64,000 nt of DNA from Chiloscyllium plagiosum. Its lineage: Eukaryota. The stretch lies in contig NC_057728.1 in the NCBI RefSeq assembly GCF_004010195.1, positions 40,734,376-40,798,375 on the forward strand, read 5' to 3'. Below the pieces are notes generated by a model. It had not been told where the DNA came from, ran no database searches, and saw only the letters and a program-made list of their open reading frames with translations. This document shows positions 63,136-64,000 of this stretch, piece after piece. The position numbers and the translations under genes were made by a program. Within the stretch, counting starts at the first letter, position 1. Every line of letters starts with the position of its first letter.

Positions 63136-64000
63136 TATTTTGAATACACTATTTTTATTAACTCTATACCTTACAAAAATAGTGGTCTGATTATTTTATG
63201 GGTTAGTGGGATGTGAGCATTGGTACACGTCCCCAATTGCCCCTGAACATGGCTTGTTAGGCCATTTCAGAAGTCAGCCAAGAGTGTCAGTTATATCAGG
63301 TAAGGTCCACAAATCTCCTTCACCCAAGGACATTAGTGAATCAGACAGGCTTTTTACAGCAATGATGGTTTATCACTGTCAACATTACTAAGTCTAGCTG
63401 TACATTTCAAATTATGAATGGAATTTAAATTTCATGACCATTGTGGGATTTTAACACACACCCCTTCAATATTAACCCGTCATCTGGATTTCTAGTTCAG
63501 TGACACCATCACTATGTCACTATTTCTCCCCCTACCATTGATTGGAATGACAGGATGCGGTGGCTTATATCACAGAGGTGGTTTGGGTGTTATATACCAT
63601 AGTTAAGGAGCAGTTATTACATTAACAGTACTTAACATGCATGAACTGTCAGGACATAGGTTAGTTTTAACCTACTGATATGTCATCACAATAACAATTG
63701 TGATATTCAAAGAACAGCAAGTTCGAACATGTGTGTGTTTGGTTCAAGAAGCAGTCATGTAAAGCTACCAGCTGTTGGATTGAATGTGACTGGACACCTC
63801 AGAGTCAGAATTCTTGCTAAAAGTAAAGCCACGGTATTAGGTCACACAGGATCTCTTCAATAAACTGCACTTCTGTTGTGAGTACAAGTTAGAAGCGTTG
63901 GGAAAATACAGAAAGGAAATAGCAAAAGGTTACCAGCTTCGTCTGTACAGTTTTCTTGCTATAAATTATATTTTAATCCTTTCAGATTGTTTCATTTTAC

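Noticed and set aside
1..64000. CRISPR array or prokaryotic defence system
   Set aside because: No repeat-spacer array or operon-like ORFs; the content is clearly vertebrate

Overview
Vertebrate DNA, very probably from a shark (inferred from HE1/V-SINE-type SINEs, abundant CR1 LINEs and Penelope-like elements), with three N gaps. The right quarter holds 11 coding exons of CAND1 on the minus strand (62045 to the stop at 47038); its 5' exons lie outside the window. Downstream on the same strand (~32.5 kb to ~14.5 kb) I reconstruct a phase-consistent multi-exon gene relic. It carries stops, frameshifts and two TSD-flanked insertions inside its largest exon, and its translation resembles the multi-RGS-domain RGS22/RGSL1 family (identity tentative). 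Mobile DNA includes a deleted endogenous retrovirus (gag, protease, RT start, RNase H), nested CR1s and a Tigger/pogo-like element. There are also many Penelope-derived inserts carrying minimal hammerhead ribozyme motifs, including a fold-back copy and an inverted-arm composite enclosing ~1.1 kb of cargo. Several local direct and inverted duplications are present. No database searches were possible, so family assignments rest on motif recognition from memory.
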